Shown one piece after another: positions 39,789-54,500 of a stretch of 64,000 nucleotides of DNA; the first letter of the stretch is position 1; each line of letters opens with the position of its first letter. The notes under the pieces were generated by a model. It was not told the DNA's origin, did no database searches, and was given only the letters and a program-made list of their open reading frames with translations. The translations under genes and the position numbers were made by a program. Origin of the DNA: Octopus vulgaris (lineage: Eukaryota). Where the stretch lies: positions 434,001 to 498,000 of the forward strand of contig OX597831.1 of the NCBI GenBank assembly GCA_951406725.2. Direction: 5' to 3'.

Positions 39789-40562
39789 CTGAAATATAAA
39801 TTTAAAAAAAGTCAGATTATGGAACATACTGCTGGCAAAACATTACACATTACTTAACACTGAAATTTTCAACAATGATACAACTGTTTTCTTCATCAAA
39901 TTGTTACACCAAAATTAATGCTTTCATAAATATAAGCATGTGATCATAGTTGAGGAAATGATAAGACAGATCCAGTTTCCTTTGTTTTGTTTACTGTCTT
40001 AGTCAGATGTGGGAGGGCAGCATCTATTATGACTTTTTGCAGTTTCAAGTGACTGATAAGAGAGAACAGAGAACTTGTGACTGATGGGTTACAGTGGAAA
40101 GCAGCAGGGTATCAAATATATTGGGACATCCTTGGACCAGAAATCTAGCCCAAATGCTTGTAACAGAGTATATTCCTGCTAAAAGCACTAAAAGTCCTTA
40201 TTGTGGTGTTAAGACAGGTGATAGATTTAGTTTACCATCTCAAGAACAGGCACAGTCCACCTGACAAGTTTCCATATAGTCGTTGTCCATCTAGGCTCTA
40301 GCTTGAGTAGAGCGGAGTCTATGGAAGAAAACAGTAGCCAAAGATGTCCACATTGGGACTGAACCAAGAACTAATGTGACAGCAAAACAAACTTCTTCAT
40401 CAGAACCATGCTTCAATAGTTTATCTTAACTCTTCTTAAATGAAGGAATAGCTGATCCAGATTACAAGAAACCTTTAAAAAATATCCCTACATCAGGACC
40501 AACTTATTACATTTTATGGCAATAAGAACAACTTCAAATTAAAATTTTGTAAAACACCTCAA

Positions 40563-40771
40563 CCCTTTAGTATTTAAACTGGCCATATCTGGCCAAAATA
40601 GCTAGTCTGTTTTATGTTCAAACTGACCAGATCCAGGCTCTCACACCTACCCTACAATGTTATTCTACATTAGGTAATTACACCATCAAGATCTTGAAGA
40701 TATGAGATAATGCATGATTAATTCAAATCAATAGGCATTATGTTTGATTGAATAATCTGAACACTAAAGGG
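40563..40771. mobile_element. piggyBac-like MITE (family M1)
   Basis: CCCTTTAGTATT ... AACACTAAAGGG-TTAA, internally similar to 665-885. Further copies near 1345, 31350 and 55035. Confidence 0.8.
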
Positions 40772-43064
40772 TTAATATTGTTTCACAACTAACTGACCTG
40801 GCAGGAAAACCAGGGTGGGATTTGGGGTTCTAAATTTAGTTGAATAAATGGTAACTGCAGAAAACTTTATTTTAACCCTTTTGATACCAACCTGTTTGAT
40901 ACCACCCCTAGTTCAGTGATAAAAACCTCCTGTTTTAAAGCAATCTAATTTAAAAACCTTCCATCAAAATTTCATGTTAATTTTGCTCTCCAAACTTCAG
41001 CTCAATAATGAAGTTATTTCACTAAGTTCTCCATTATTTTCAATAAAGGCAATATATTTTGACATAAATATGGTAAGAAAAGAATTAATACAAGAACATT
41101 TTTGATACACGTTTGAAGTAAGTTAGAAGCATACAGCTGAAAGCAGTGCGGAGTAAGTTGGTACATGAAAATTTCAACCATGAACGGAGATTAAAGTTTT
41201 AAGTAAGGCTGGAGATAAGATTAACATTTTTGAAATCAATATACAATGCTGTGAAGAAAAAAAATTCAAAGGATCCCTGAAGGTTTATGTGATTTTGTCA
41301 TTTCAATGACCAACAATAACAAAATTCTACACTCAACTGCCAATAAATGTGTAATTTTAAGACAGTGTCAAGAGGTAGTGTTCTGGATCATTGTTGACAC
41401 TGATGTTATTGTTTAGTCCCAAATCAGCTTTGGTTCTGCAGAGATATGATTTAAAGTTTTCCAACTGGGATCGTCATATGTGTTTTACACATCCAGGATG
41501 ACTATATTCATTGTGATTTCCTTTTTAAAAAGCTATTTGAAGGAGATTTGGCTGCTATTTCTACGAGGTTGAGCAACCACACAGAGGCTCTCTTGTTAGT
41601 TTCTGCCGCATATCTTTGAAGACATGTTTGATTGTGTGTTTATTAGGTGGTTAGCAATCTGGTTAAGTTTCCTTTTTTAGTAGGGGAGAGGGAGAGATGC
41701 TGATATTTCAGCTATCTGAGTACATGTTTATGTTTATATTTCTCAGGATCAGATGGGTTAGGGAGTTCTTTTAGAAACACACACCTGATCTTTATCTGTG
41801 TATAAAAGATAGTTATACATACCCGAAGGATTTACAGCATGGAAAGAGGCAGGGAATCAGAAACCTAGGCAATTTAATAGCATCAATAAAGACCCCTATT
41901 ACACATAACCAAAAGCGCTAACTAATATGAAGCAAAGTGCTGTGATTATTACCGTTCACTGTCACAAACAAATATGAAGTATTTGTTTATGAAGTATACT
42001 GACTGATTCCATTGTAAACTAGCACAAATACAGTGATTTTATAATACATCACAAACATTATTGGTGTGGAATGAAGTTGAGACAATGTTATGTAAGGTGT
42101 ATGACAGACTGATGCAAAAGATACCTAAAAAATGCCTGCTCAATTATTCATGTAAACACCTCAATTTACAGAACAAGCTAACTTGCATAGAATTATTTTT
42201 AAAAACAACATACAAATAAACCAGTTTTGAATAACTTTTTGCATCTAACTAATTAACACTTTGAGTATGTCAGATAATTTCAATCAGATTTTAATTTAAT
42301 CTCACAGAAGGATTGAATTTCAAGGGGTGTGGTACAACCAGTGCATTTGTGTGTGTGTGTGTGTGAGAGAAAGAAAGGAGAGAGAGAAGAGACTGAGATA
42401 GAGATAAAGACCATGTGTATAAATTAGAACACATAAATGTACTTTAGAAATAGCCATTTACCATATCACCCAGTGTGAGTCTACCTAAGCAGGTGCTGTA
42501 GTAGCAGACACAAAACAATACAAGAAATCATAAATTTAAGCTTTACAACAGGGTGAGTTTAGTGAATTTAAAAGGTGGTGTATATATTTGACACTATCCA
42601 ATTAGCAACCTCACCCTCATTCTTGTCCTGTCCTAACTGTGTGTGAAGTCAGAAAGGTTTCTTGTATGAGACATGAAAGTGAAGTAGCAGAGAAACAGGA
42701 GACTAAAGAACCAAAGTTGTCTATACAATTGCTAAACATATCGAGTGGGGGACTTGATTGAGGGTTGTAATCTGGAAGAGGTATCATATACCAGCAACAA
42801 GGCAAAGGGGATGTGGTCAGCATCATTATCTGATCACTCTGCTGTCGGTTCTCAATTAGAAACCATTTCAGTAAACATGGCCTGTCAGGTAAAATAAATA
42901 AAATAGAGCAAAAAGGAAATTAATTATCAGATATGCAGATGCTTGCCTTCCCAACACCACAACAAATGTTTGGTTGGTTGGTTGGTTGGATGTGTGCGTG
43001 TGAGAGAGACTGAAGATAAGTGTACTGAGTTGCTGTTGGGTCCAGTAGATGTCCTTAACAATTC

Positions 43065-43490
43065 TAATCATCACCATCATTAACATCATGTCCACTTTTC
43101 CATGCTCACATAGGTTGGATAGAATTTGTTGAAGAGTATTTTCAATGTCAGGATGGCCTTCTTGTTGACAATCCTCATCTGTTTCCAAGTAAAGTAATAT
43201 TTCCCTATGGCCGGACATGTTTTCATGGAAGATTGTAAATGAAGGACAATGCTTGCATGATGGTGACACTTGTGTTTTACAAGTATCATATGAAGTCAAG
43301 GCAGGGAAGCAGTAACACACCCACCCACACACACGACGGACCTCCTTCAGTTTCAATCTGCTAAATTCTCTTACAAGACTTTGGTCAGCCCAGGGCTATA
43401 GCAGAAGATACCTGCCCATGGTGCCAGGGACTGAACTGCAAACTATGTGGTTGGGAAGCAAGCTTCTTACCACACAGCCATGCATGCGCC
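43065..43490 (-). mobile_element. Chimeric SINE (family E): family A head plus RTE-type tail
   Basis: tRNA head as in family A, body with CATGTCCGGCCATAGGGAAATATTAC, tail GCATGGAAAAGTGGACATGATG. Related copies near 15800, 20170, 21990, 24070, 36070, 47165 and 60515. Confidence 0.75.
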
Positions 43491-45652
43491 TAAATAACAT
43501 TCACCAGGTTGAAAGTAACATATGACTACCAAACAGTATTTATCTCACCATAGACGTTGTTATACTTTTAGGCTCTCCCCTCTCCTCCTTGTCCTGATGA
43601 CTAGTAAATAGTACAAGGAATTTATGCGAAAAACATTAGTGTCTCAGTAGAGGAATGATGGGTTTAGATGACAAGACACCCTTATCTACAAGCATGTTGC
43701 AAAACTGCTCCTCAGTGTCATTATCTAATATTTTAAACTTCCTTGACCACAAAACAATAAGGATAATAATTAAAATAACATGTCTATGTTTGCTATTAAC
43801 TTTGTTTATTAATGATATAAATGAAATTAATACAAATCGGTCGGTCAGTGTAATTTATTGCTATTCTACATCACCCAATTCCAGCTAAAACATGTAACAG
43901 TCGATGAAAGCTCCACCCAAAGATGGAATGCTAGTCTATCAGTACGTAACCTTTTCCTGAAGATCTGATTCATCACAACTTGGATAACTGTAGCATGTAG
44001 GAATGAGTGTCCTGAATACTGTATTTTCTGCTATACAAGGCATATTTTTCAGACCAAAAAATTCCATGTGAAATGCAATATGATTTGGAAAAATAGTGAT
44101 GTTTACACTATAAACTTTGTTGATTTCTATGCTGGAAAATATGGTACAAACACACCAAAGCACATTAAGCTAGATTCGAACCCACAAGTGTCGTCATTGT
44201 CTTCTTTAAGCATCGCATTTTAGATGCATTTGACAATGATACACCAGAACTCCTGCCTTCAATTAGTTTTGGTAGATCTTCAATTTCATCTTGTGTGACT
44301 CTGCCATTAACAACAATATAGTGAAGTGCTCTTTGTTGTCTACTAGGGTGCTGAAGTCCCCAAAAATAATAACTGATATTGCCTGTTGTTCAGTACACCA
44401 GCAGTGGCTAGTTGAGCCTACCCTGCATTGAACAATAATAGTAGAGATGGATGGAATATGCCCATAAATCTCCTCTTTTGTCTTGTATCCACACTATTTA
44501 AACTAAGTTTTAACAGCAGTGAAATATGTTATCTACCTCATTCTTATGTTTCCATAGTTTTGCCAAGTTAATGCTTGATGTTGCTGATAGAAGATATCAA
44601 CAATATTATGGCAATTTTCCTAACAGCCTTTAACCACCACATAGAACATCACTTAACACACCAAACATTGAAGCTAACAAGGTCTTTCAAAAGGGTCGTT
44701 CAGCTTGTTAGACCTATCAGTTAAATCTCTCTTAAAACATATACTCTCCTTATGATAAAGGAAGGATAGATTGGATGATGTAGTCTGGGATACATTATAC
44801 CTGAACAAAAAAATGATGGGATAGTTATGGGTGGAAAGTTTTTGATCAGGGCCAATTTGGTGGCTAAAAACAACAGTATATAACTAACCGCTACAAAAAG
44901 GTACAAACTGATCAGTTTCTATGGTAACAATGGATGTGTTTGTTATAAACTGACAAACAACTCTACTCTCGAAATAATGGAATTGTTCCAAGTAGTACAA
45001 GCCAACCTATAAAGAGTAACTGAGAAGCCACCATATGGTCACTCTACTTGCTAAAAATATCAAATCAGATTTGAAAAACAGAGATGGTTGTGCTTAGGAT
45101 ACCTTTGATCACAGACCTGCTAAATTGGAGTTGGACAAGGCCGAAACATTAACCCGAACAAAGACACACACATAGGTTTGTGTCTTTGTTCCCAATCATT
45201 GCTTATCAACTGTAACTTGGCAGTTTGGCATAAGAGAGCGATAGAATAAGTAACAGATTTATATATTTAAAAAAAAAGGGGGGGGGGTTGACTAAAGCTT
45301 TTCTTGGCAGTAATCCAGCATGGATGCAATCCAATGACTGTAAAAATAATTTCATGCTTGTTCACAAACACATTATTCTACATACTTTCTTAAATAAAGA
45401 AATCAAGTGATTTATAAAAATGGGGTGAGGAGAAAATCTGCTTCAATAAACTCTGCCTGACCCATACAAGCATGGAAAAGTTGATGTTGAAAGGATGATG
45501 ATGATGATAATGATAATGATAATACCAAAGTATTCAAATTGGTTAGGGATTCAGTAGTATTGTTTTTGCTTAAATCAGGAATGACACAACACAAATTAAG
45601 AGGCTAGATAGAGTTTAAAAGAATACATCTAATCCCATCATTAAATGGAAAG

Positions 45653-45684
<32 letters not shown>

Positions 45685-48600
45685 AGAAAAGTAACAAACC
45701 AAAATGTTGGTACATTAGTTGTGGTTCAATGGCAATTTCAGGAAGGAAGGAACATTAAAAGAAGGTCTGACAGGAAGAAGTGATGGAATGATGAGGTGTG
45801 GGCTTTGAAAAAAAAAAAAGGGGGGGGAATCACGACAAATTAATGTAGGGCATTTCCCACCAAAATCCAGAGTTAGTTTCCTTTTGAGACAAGTCACAAA
45901 TTTGTTGATTGGTATCTTAAATAACTCATGGGTGTGTGTGTGTATGAGAGAGAGAGAGCAGTAAGTATTGTCTCAAAGGAGATATTATTTGTCAACTACT
46001 GCTGCAACCTACAAAAATTGGATAAGAAGAGGAAAAAAAGTAATGAATGGATGCCCTAGAGATTGGTTTCTTTCATACAAAGGGGAGACAGAAAACATAA
46101 TATTAATCATGCACTATAAACTATTTATTGGATGATCTGTTCACACACATTTTTAAGGAGGTGTTTGTGTAGGAAGGGAGGAGAGATAAAAAAAAAAGTA
46201 GAGGCAAAGCAACAGAAAGCCTAAAATTTAACCACAGCTGAATGAAATAATTGAGGCAAAACCAAAATTAACAACATTTACATTGTTGATGGTTTGGTGC
46301 CATCCTCTTCAGTCACTACTTGCCTGCCGAACCCTATACCAGAGAGTATATTGCTATATCCCTATTTGCCTGTCTAATTAACAAGTCCCTAGAGATAGTC
46401 TCTGCATGGGGTAAGACACAGATTTTAAAAAAAATACCACTGGAACATCTTTGATTATAGGATCACTAAACAACAACAATTATATGAGAAATAAGTCAAG
46501 GAAGCCCCTGGATGGTTAGTCAGTCTGCTGTAATAACAGCCAAACCTTCATTTCACATTGTACTGACTTGGGTAGTTGTTTAATTTTGGTTGAAATCCTT
46601 TTATTACTTGTATTTCTATTGAAATTTACTGCTTTCATCTCAATTAACTTTCAAAATACTGAAAAATTTAGTAAAATAACTTTGTTATTACTAATCTTAA
46701 TGTTTGGAACGTAAAATGAACATGGAATTTTGATGGAAAAATTTAATTTAGATCACTTTAAAATAGGAAATTTTGTACCATAGAACCAGGAGTAGCCTCA
46801 AGTATATTGGTACCATAGAACCAGAGGTAGTTTCAAGCAGGTGGGTATCAGGATAGTATAACTCAAAACAGATGAGTGAGAAGTTGATGTTCCATATACA
46901 GCCTGATGCTGTGTCTATCTTATGTAAACACTATCAAGTGACCTGACACCTATTCCAGCTTGTTAGGTGAAGTGAGGCATGTAGAATTAAAGTGAAATCT
47001 ATCCACATACATAAAGAAAATACTACCTCATCCACTCAAGACATTTCACTACTCCATCACCACATTATGAGAGTGTATATAAATAAAAACTTCTCTCACT
47101 ATTTCTGTTTTCCTTTTTTATATCATAAACTGAAATTTGAATTAAAATCAATATTTAATTTATACTGTGGTTTCAGGCTCAGTCCCACTCTGGCAAAAGA
47201 CCTCTACTATAGCCTCGGGCTAACCAAAGCCTTGTGAGTGGATTTAGGAGATGAGAGCTGAAAGAAGTTTGGCATATGTGAGCGAGTGTGCACGTGTGTT
47301 GTACTTCCTTGTCTTGACATCACACAGTAGTAGTAAAACAAATGACATTGTCTTCCACAAAAAACATGCCATGCAATGGAGAAATATTACCCAGCAGGCT
47401 ACAAGAAATCTGCCCCAATGAATCCTGTGTGATCCATGAAAGCACTGGAAAGTGGATGTTAAAATAATGATGATAATATATTAATTAGTTATAAAGCAGT
47501 TAGTTCGTAGAATCATTTGTGTGCGAGGCAAAATACTCAGCAGCATTTCATCTGTCAATAAAAAAGTACCAGCTGGACACTGGGGTTGATTTATTTGACC
47601 CAGCCTCTCTTACAAACCTGTTTGGCTTAGTGCCGAAATTTGAAACCCAATATATTAATTAGTTATCATTTAATGAATTTTTGGAATTTAATATAAAACT
47701 GAGGCTGCTACTACTACTACTACTACTACTACTACTAACACCTAACATTTTACTTTTGAATGATAAGTTTTCACAATTGAAAAACAAAACAAACTTTAAC
47801 TGAAACAATCACAACAATAAGAGGTGGGTGACATGTTACAGCCAACTAAAATAGGGCGATGTATGCAGGAACAGAGAAGGGAATCTATATGTGGTGGCTT
47901 GCACTGCCAGAAACAACAGCCAATCCTTCCTCAAATCACAGTTGTAATTTCTGAGCATAACAAAATATTGGAATCTGTAAACCTAAACCAGGTATTGTTG
48001 ACAACTTGGATAAAGGAAGGATTAAAATTAAAAAAAAAAAGCACACCTTATGAAAAGGAAACTGAAGAAGCCACTGTTGGCAAGGCCAATGACAAAACAG
48101 AATTTAAAATATAAATATAAACACACAAAGGGTTAGACATGATGGGGAGGAGGGGGAGTAGTGGCTGCTTGGAAGACCACATATACAGAGTGAGTCATGA
48201 CCAATAAAGAAAGATAACAGTGTTTAGAAAATGAAGGAAGGAAGGAATAGAGCAACTAGAACTGTTGCTATGGTATGGTCATGGAAGTGTTATCAGTTGA
48301 AATGGGAGGAGGATTAGGAGAACTGGGGAGGCTGGAAAAAGGAAGTCTTAGTGATTCCCCTCTCAAACAACAAAATGTGACAAGTACAGACAACAACAAC
48401 AACACACACCAGATGACATCAGCACCACACCTATCCCTCAACAGAAGTAAAGAGGATTTTAAGTAGAATCTGGCATCCAACTAAAAATATAAAGTCATCA
48501 AAAATTTTATGTTTCTCTCAAGTGTAATGCATTATAATATTTAATACAAATTAGATCCAGCTAGGGACTCCTTACATGACGACTCGACCTGTGCTAGAAA

Positions 48601-50169
48601 CAGCAGCTAAATCCCCTGTAACTCATGCTTAACAGCATATCAAATAAAAAACAAGAGATGATAACAGTTACAACTTGTTTGATCACAGGTTTACATACTG
48701 CGGCTGCACTGAGAGCTAAGCAATAACTAACAATCACTAAATATGTGAAAAATATTAGACATAAACTAAGGATATTATACTCTAGTGTATACTGACACAC
48801 ATGGAAGTGTACCTAAGTAATGTAGTAATAGTAGAAGGGATATGTTGAAAGTGTGACTGCCAACTGATTATAATATTTCAATTAAATTTACGGTAGGCAT
48901 GGATAACTTTTTTCAAGAAGCAGGCTGCTGGAGATGTAGCTCATCAAGCAGGCTGCACTACAAAAAGAATCAAGGTAATTTTTCATTAGGTGTGCCATTC
49001 AAAAAGTCCTGTGGGCAGCAGTTCATCCATGACTGATTATAGATATAAAACAATATAAAGGAGTGATGGAAACAATACAAAATATCTTACAGTGTTTATT
49101 TGGGAACCTCTACAGTCTTGAGTTCAAATCCTGGTTCATCAAACTTTGCCTTTTATTCATCTAGGATTGACTGGCACATCAAACATGTGCCAATCAATCA
49201 TTCAAGTAGCTCTCCTATAAATTTGTGACCATGTGCTTAACTGTTGAATTGTCAGTGTCATACAAAATACCCATCGATATCAACTTTGCTTTTCATCTCA
49301 ACAGTGTCAATAAAATAAAATACCAGTCAAGTACTGGGGTCTATTTAATTGACCAGCAGTCCCTTTTCACATAATTTCTGGCCTTGTGCTAAATTAGAAA
49401 CATTTATTAAATGACCAGCAGAAAACCACAGACTTGTAAAGAAAGTGTTGTTATATTTCTTATGTGGATATTTCAAGTTTGCACCTGCTAAAATGTTAGC
49501 ATGCTCTAAATACCATGCTAGTCACTGTTAATATATAAACTGGCCTGGTGGCCTATTCTCTTAAGAACTGCTCTTCTGGATAGTATCAGTCACATAAATA
49601 TGTCTTTAAAATAATGTAGCTAAAGTTATTCTGCTATGAATGACCTAGGGAAGTGGTCAGTAGGATAATATAGTATCCTGATAGTATGACACCACATGCT
49701 AAGATAAAATATTGGCAGAGCAGATATATATCTAAACTAAGTTCTGCTACCCACCATAGTTTGCCTGATGCTGAGGAGGTTGTCAAAGATGAAATTCTAT
49801 ACTGGTTTGGTCAGAAGTACTGCTTGTGTGAGAAGCAGGTTGGATTACAAGTGCTTGCAATATATTAGGTACACCAATATTCTGTGGGCAAAATGCTTAG
49901 TGGCACTTCTTCTGGAACTTCATGTTCTCAGTTCAACATCTGCTAAGGTTGACTCTTATAGGGGTCAATAATTTTGTTGATTAGATCTAGCTGAGTACTT
50001 GGTAGGTAATTCTATTAAGTCCAAAAGGGTAAATTGCAAAGTCAACCCTGAAAGAATTTGGAACATATCACATGAAGGAAAACACAGCTATTGCTACTTG
50101 TATTTGCTAAGTTCATTAATTGCCTATAAATATTTTTTGCATTTTTTCAAGATGTAATGTCTTCCTTGG

Positions 50170-51560
50170 TGACCTGAGTATCCTGGGCCACCAACCATCT
50201 TCAATATATGGCTGTAAATTTCAGGATGGTAACAACGTATCGACCTACATTATGAATATACTGACTGAATATTAAATAGCTCACTAGATGGATGTGATTT
50301 CAGGCTTCCGCAAAGTGGGATACATACACACCAGACATTTTTGGAAGAGAAGAGACAAAACTAGGCAAAATGAAACTACCAAGCAAATTGGATTAACTTC
50401 TATAAATAAGAAGCAGATTTTTCTCACCCCTGCTTAAACTTAAAAAGTGCAAAGAGTTCAACAGGCCTCCAGTCAAAGCTGTACTTCACACATCAGGATA
50501 ATGTGGATACCAATAGTGTTCAAGTACTGCATGCAGTCGAGTGTGGGGAAAAGACTATGAAGATATGTACCAGAGACATATATATTGGAGACCCTTTGGC
50601 AGGTTCATTTGATGACCTGGTATTTGCAATGGGCTAGAATTACTGGTTTTATCACATTTATGATGTTTGTGCAAGTAAGGGGGTGGAGTTTCACAAACAT
50701 TACCTGTATTCCATACCTTTTAGGTTGCAAAGTAAGTTCTGCTTTCTACAACAAGGGCAAAAAACTGTTTTGGAAGACTTAGCTGATCTATGAAGATACA
50801 GAAATTTGTGTATCTGGCTAGTTTCCCTTTCAGTTGGTGGTTGTTGACAACAACTCTTTCAGGAAGCTTGAGTAACTAATTGCTATGGTAGATAATTCAG
50901 CTCTGATAAGACATGAAGGTGCTTTTTTGCTGGAAGTGAATAACGAACAAACTGCCTCCTACCAATGGTTCCTCACCCCAGTATACCTGATGTGCAATGT
51001 AGCAAGCAGGTATCTTGACAACCAGCACACAAACAGCAATTCCACAGGGAATGACTGGACTAAGATAATTAGAGTTGTTGGAAATACTTTGTGGAATAAT
51101 TCCCCATTTCCAGGGAATGCAAAAAGCTGATCAAATGTTTCCGAAAAAAAAAAAGTACTGCTCGAACTGCAAGTGTACCAAATACCAAAGCAAATCCAAA
51201 CTGTTCACGAGTCTGCAAGTGTAAATGTATTCTGTAGAGCATTGCAATCTAGGTTTTAGTAATAAAAACATCACAAAACAGTACCTCATACTTTGATAAG
51301 GAATTATAACTGTTATTCTAACAGAAGGTGTGGATATTTGTTTGAGCTTTTTATGATTCCCAGAACAAGCATATGATTATATTTTGTCACAGATGCCAGG
51401 TATCTATGACACAAATTTCTTTCAAGGTTGAAGAAATTCAAGACATAGACATTCTTTTACTTCGTTATTTTACAAAATAATTTTTTAAATACATATTTAA
51501 AAACATTCCAAAATGCTATACTACCTGGTTAAATGCGCTACAGATTTGCTAGGCCAGTTG
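50170..51560 (+). mobile_element. Decayed DNA transposon relic, probably AcademX (XPG-like nuclease plus Cys-rich C-terminus)
   Basis: LPVFHTF / GCKVSSAFYNKGKKLFWK (50700-50780, H3TH-like, frameshifted), KLPPT (50949-50963) and Cys-rich LIKC...CKC...CKCKC remnants (51127-51230), in the order I recall for AcademX. Ends approximate. Confidence 0.55.
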
Positions 51561-54500
51561 TGACCCAGAACTACAAAACAGCTTTGAAGATTAAACTACT
51601 TTAAATGCAATTCAATGCATATAAAATTGTGGGTCAGTCTGAACTGAAGTGACATCCTGCATCTGACCTAGTTACCTAGTAGAAGTAGAGCAGTAGATGA
51701 ATTTAGAACATACAGTGTGTTAGTAATTCACTAATGAGTGTCAAATGAACTGGAAACTGACCATCAGTTTGCTGGAGGAAGGCACAGTTTCTCCCACAAC
51801 AATAAAACAGAACAGACCAAGGTGGCATACTTTGGTAATACCTGTACTATCTGATAATTAGCAACAAATCTGGTATGGTTTTTCAAAAATAGTTGCTAGC
51901 ACATGATTTTCTGTGGAGGAATGTGTTTCAACCAACAAAGATGAGGTAATGGTTTTTCAGATGTAGGGATTTAGTAATGCCTATTTGAAGAATTGAAAAG
52001 AGAAGCTATTCTGAGGAGAATCATTAGGTATATGGAATTAATTCCAAGAGACTTCAAGTCAATAGGCTGTTGTTGTTTAGCATATGTGAGTCTTAAATGA
52101 ATGGATACATTGTCTAATTAAAAATATTCCAACAGTGGCCAAGACAATAGGTTGATATTTCTCACTGACTGGTTTTAAGATGGAAGTGGGCGAGCTGGTT
52201 GAACTACCAGAGTATTATTGGACAAGAAGTTAAGAGATTGTCACTGGGACCATCAACATCTAACTAACCAAATAGTCTTGTATACTTACCTGCGGGAATA
52301 AGTATTAAATCTTTGAGAAAATTACCAGCATCAGACTGGCATCTGTCCCACAGATATGTATCCCTCATCTGTTTTAACACTATAGAGACTTGTCTGTGGG
52401 CTCCAACAAGAGGTACGTACCTACCTGAGAGTCAGGCAGTGGTAACATTAAATTGAGTGACAATAACAGTAGCCATAGAAGCAGCCAGAAGATACACTTT
52501 CTCTCTTGATGACTACTAGAGCCATACCAAGAAACAGACCATGTTTGGCAACATGCCAACATTTATTCTCTGTTTAGACTGATGGAAATTGGTTGGTTTA
52601 TCTCAGTTGATACTGCTGCACCCTCTGTTACAGCATTACTATTGGTATTTAATAAAGGTCTTACTGTCTTGTTTACAGATGCTCTTTGAAGCATCTAAAT
52701 TCTTTTAAGTTATCCTGGTAAGACTATAAGCTTAGTGGACTTTGAATGGCAAACAGGATGAGAGAGAAGAGGAAAGAGAGGGAGGTAATCGGTTTCAGCA
52801 GTCTAAAAAAGTGTGAGACTAGCTAGATCCAGTAAGACTGGTTTATAATACTTAACAAAATCAAATGAACCAGTTCTTCTGCAAACAACCAATACAAAGG
52901 TTTAGGTCATATGTAACTTAAAAATGCAAATTATTATTCTCTTAAGAAAGGAAGCTGTCACGCACACACAGTTGCATGTGAAAAAAAATGTGTATGGAGC
53001 CCGCACTTTCCTAGAACATCCAAACAAAATAACAAAATAAATACAAGTCAAAGAAGTGGAGCGCCAATATGACTGTTTGGCTTGCTAGAAAAAAAGCTGT
53101 CAAATTTCCCTCAAATTACAATAAAAAAACTGGATGGTCATGACTTGAATGCCTTTAATCATAGATTTGCTCAGTCAGGATTACCCTAAGACTAAATAAC
53201 AACAAAATTTAGTTATTTTACTAAACTCCTCTGAAGAGTAAAGTATGTACATGGAGAGTGAAGTGGAGATCTGTTTCTAATACTTCTAACAGTGTAAACT
53301 CCCCCAAAAGCATTCAAAGTGAGTTGCATTAGGCTTGTTATTAAAAGCAATGAAGGAGTATGTTAGCTGTCCCACCTAAGGTGAGCAGATTCAGTAACCA
53401 AGGAATATGTGCAGTGGGATCAAACCCAAAGCCACATTAAGCAATCTTCTTAACCACCCAACCATAGCTGTGGTTACCTAATATTTTTATTGTTACTGTT
53501 CATCAAAAATAAGCCATGACGAATAAATGTTAACCTTATCCCAACAGAAAACAATATTAGCCAGAATCCATGTATTAAAATCACATAGAAAAACATATTA
53601 ATTGAACATTTAATCCAAAAGAGTAATATTTGGCGAAAGTATACTAACCACGAATAGCTGATAGCTTCAAATTCCATTGGAGAATGCCTATCAAGTTAAA
53701 CTTCAAAAAGAAAGGTTTCTCAAAGCAGCAATAGAAGGTTGATAGGGGTAAATCATGGAAAAACAAACCCCAAAAAAAACAAAAGAAAAAAGAAAGAAAT
53801 ATCTGGCTTTACAAATTTAGTGTGGTTGGTGTTAAGAAGGGCATCCAGCTGTAAAAACTATGCCAAAACAGACACAGTAGGCTGGTGCAGGCTTCTACTT
53901 GGCTGGTTCCTGTCAAACCATCCAACCCATGCCAGCATGGAAAATGGATGCTAAACGATGATAATGATGTATGTCTCTGTCTATGTCTGAATAACATAAC
54001 ATGTACTTAGCTTAGATCACACACACACACACATAGAGGCAGAAGTAACCCGCAACCTTCAACTGAATTATCACAAAAACTGCCATTTTGCCACCCATCA
54101 CTGACTTCAATTTCCCCCAAATCACTCTTTAGATATGCTATGGTTGGGTCACAACTGAAACATGGTTAATGGAAAAGGCCTGCCAGAATAGAGTTGGCTT
54201 GTGGTTAGGCAACATAGACTAATATTCTGAAATGTTTTCTAACTATTAATGAGTTAATGGCTTACTGACCAAGGTGTTATCTCCATGTTATATTATGTCA
54301 AGGGCAAGCTAGCCTCCTTGGAAAGAGTAAGTGAAGAGATATGACTCAATGATGAGTTAACATCTGTATAATAGAACCTGCCTGCTAGTAACTTAACATC
54401 ACAGTGTAGTAATTACACTACAATGAATTACAGCGAGGGGGGGGTGTAAAGGGCCCTTGAAGTGAGAAGTTTTGTTAAGAGGCAGAACTAGTACTGCAAA

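Noticed and set aside
42868-43356. Longest ORF in the track (162 aa)
   Set aside because: It overlaps a family E SINE and microsatellites, with no domain and no supporting splice structure.
44166-44400. Minus-strand coding-like stretch (IIFGDFSTLV; LHYIVVNGRVTQDEIEDLPKLIEG)
   Set aside because: The pieces are in different frames with stops and no clear splice sites. It may be a LINE endonuclease relic, but I cannot assign it.
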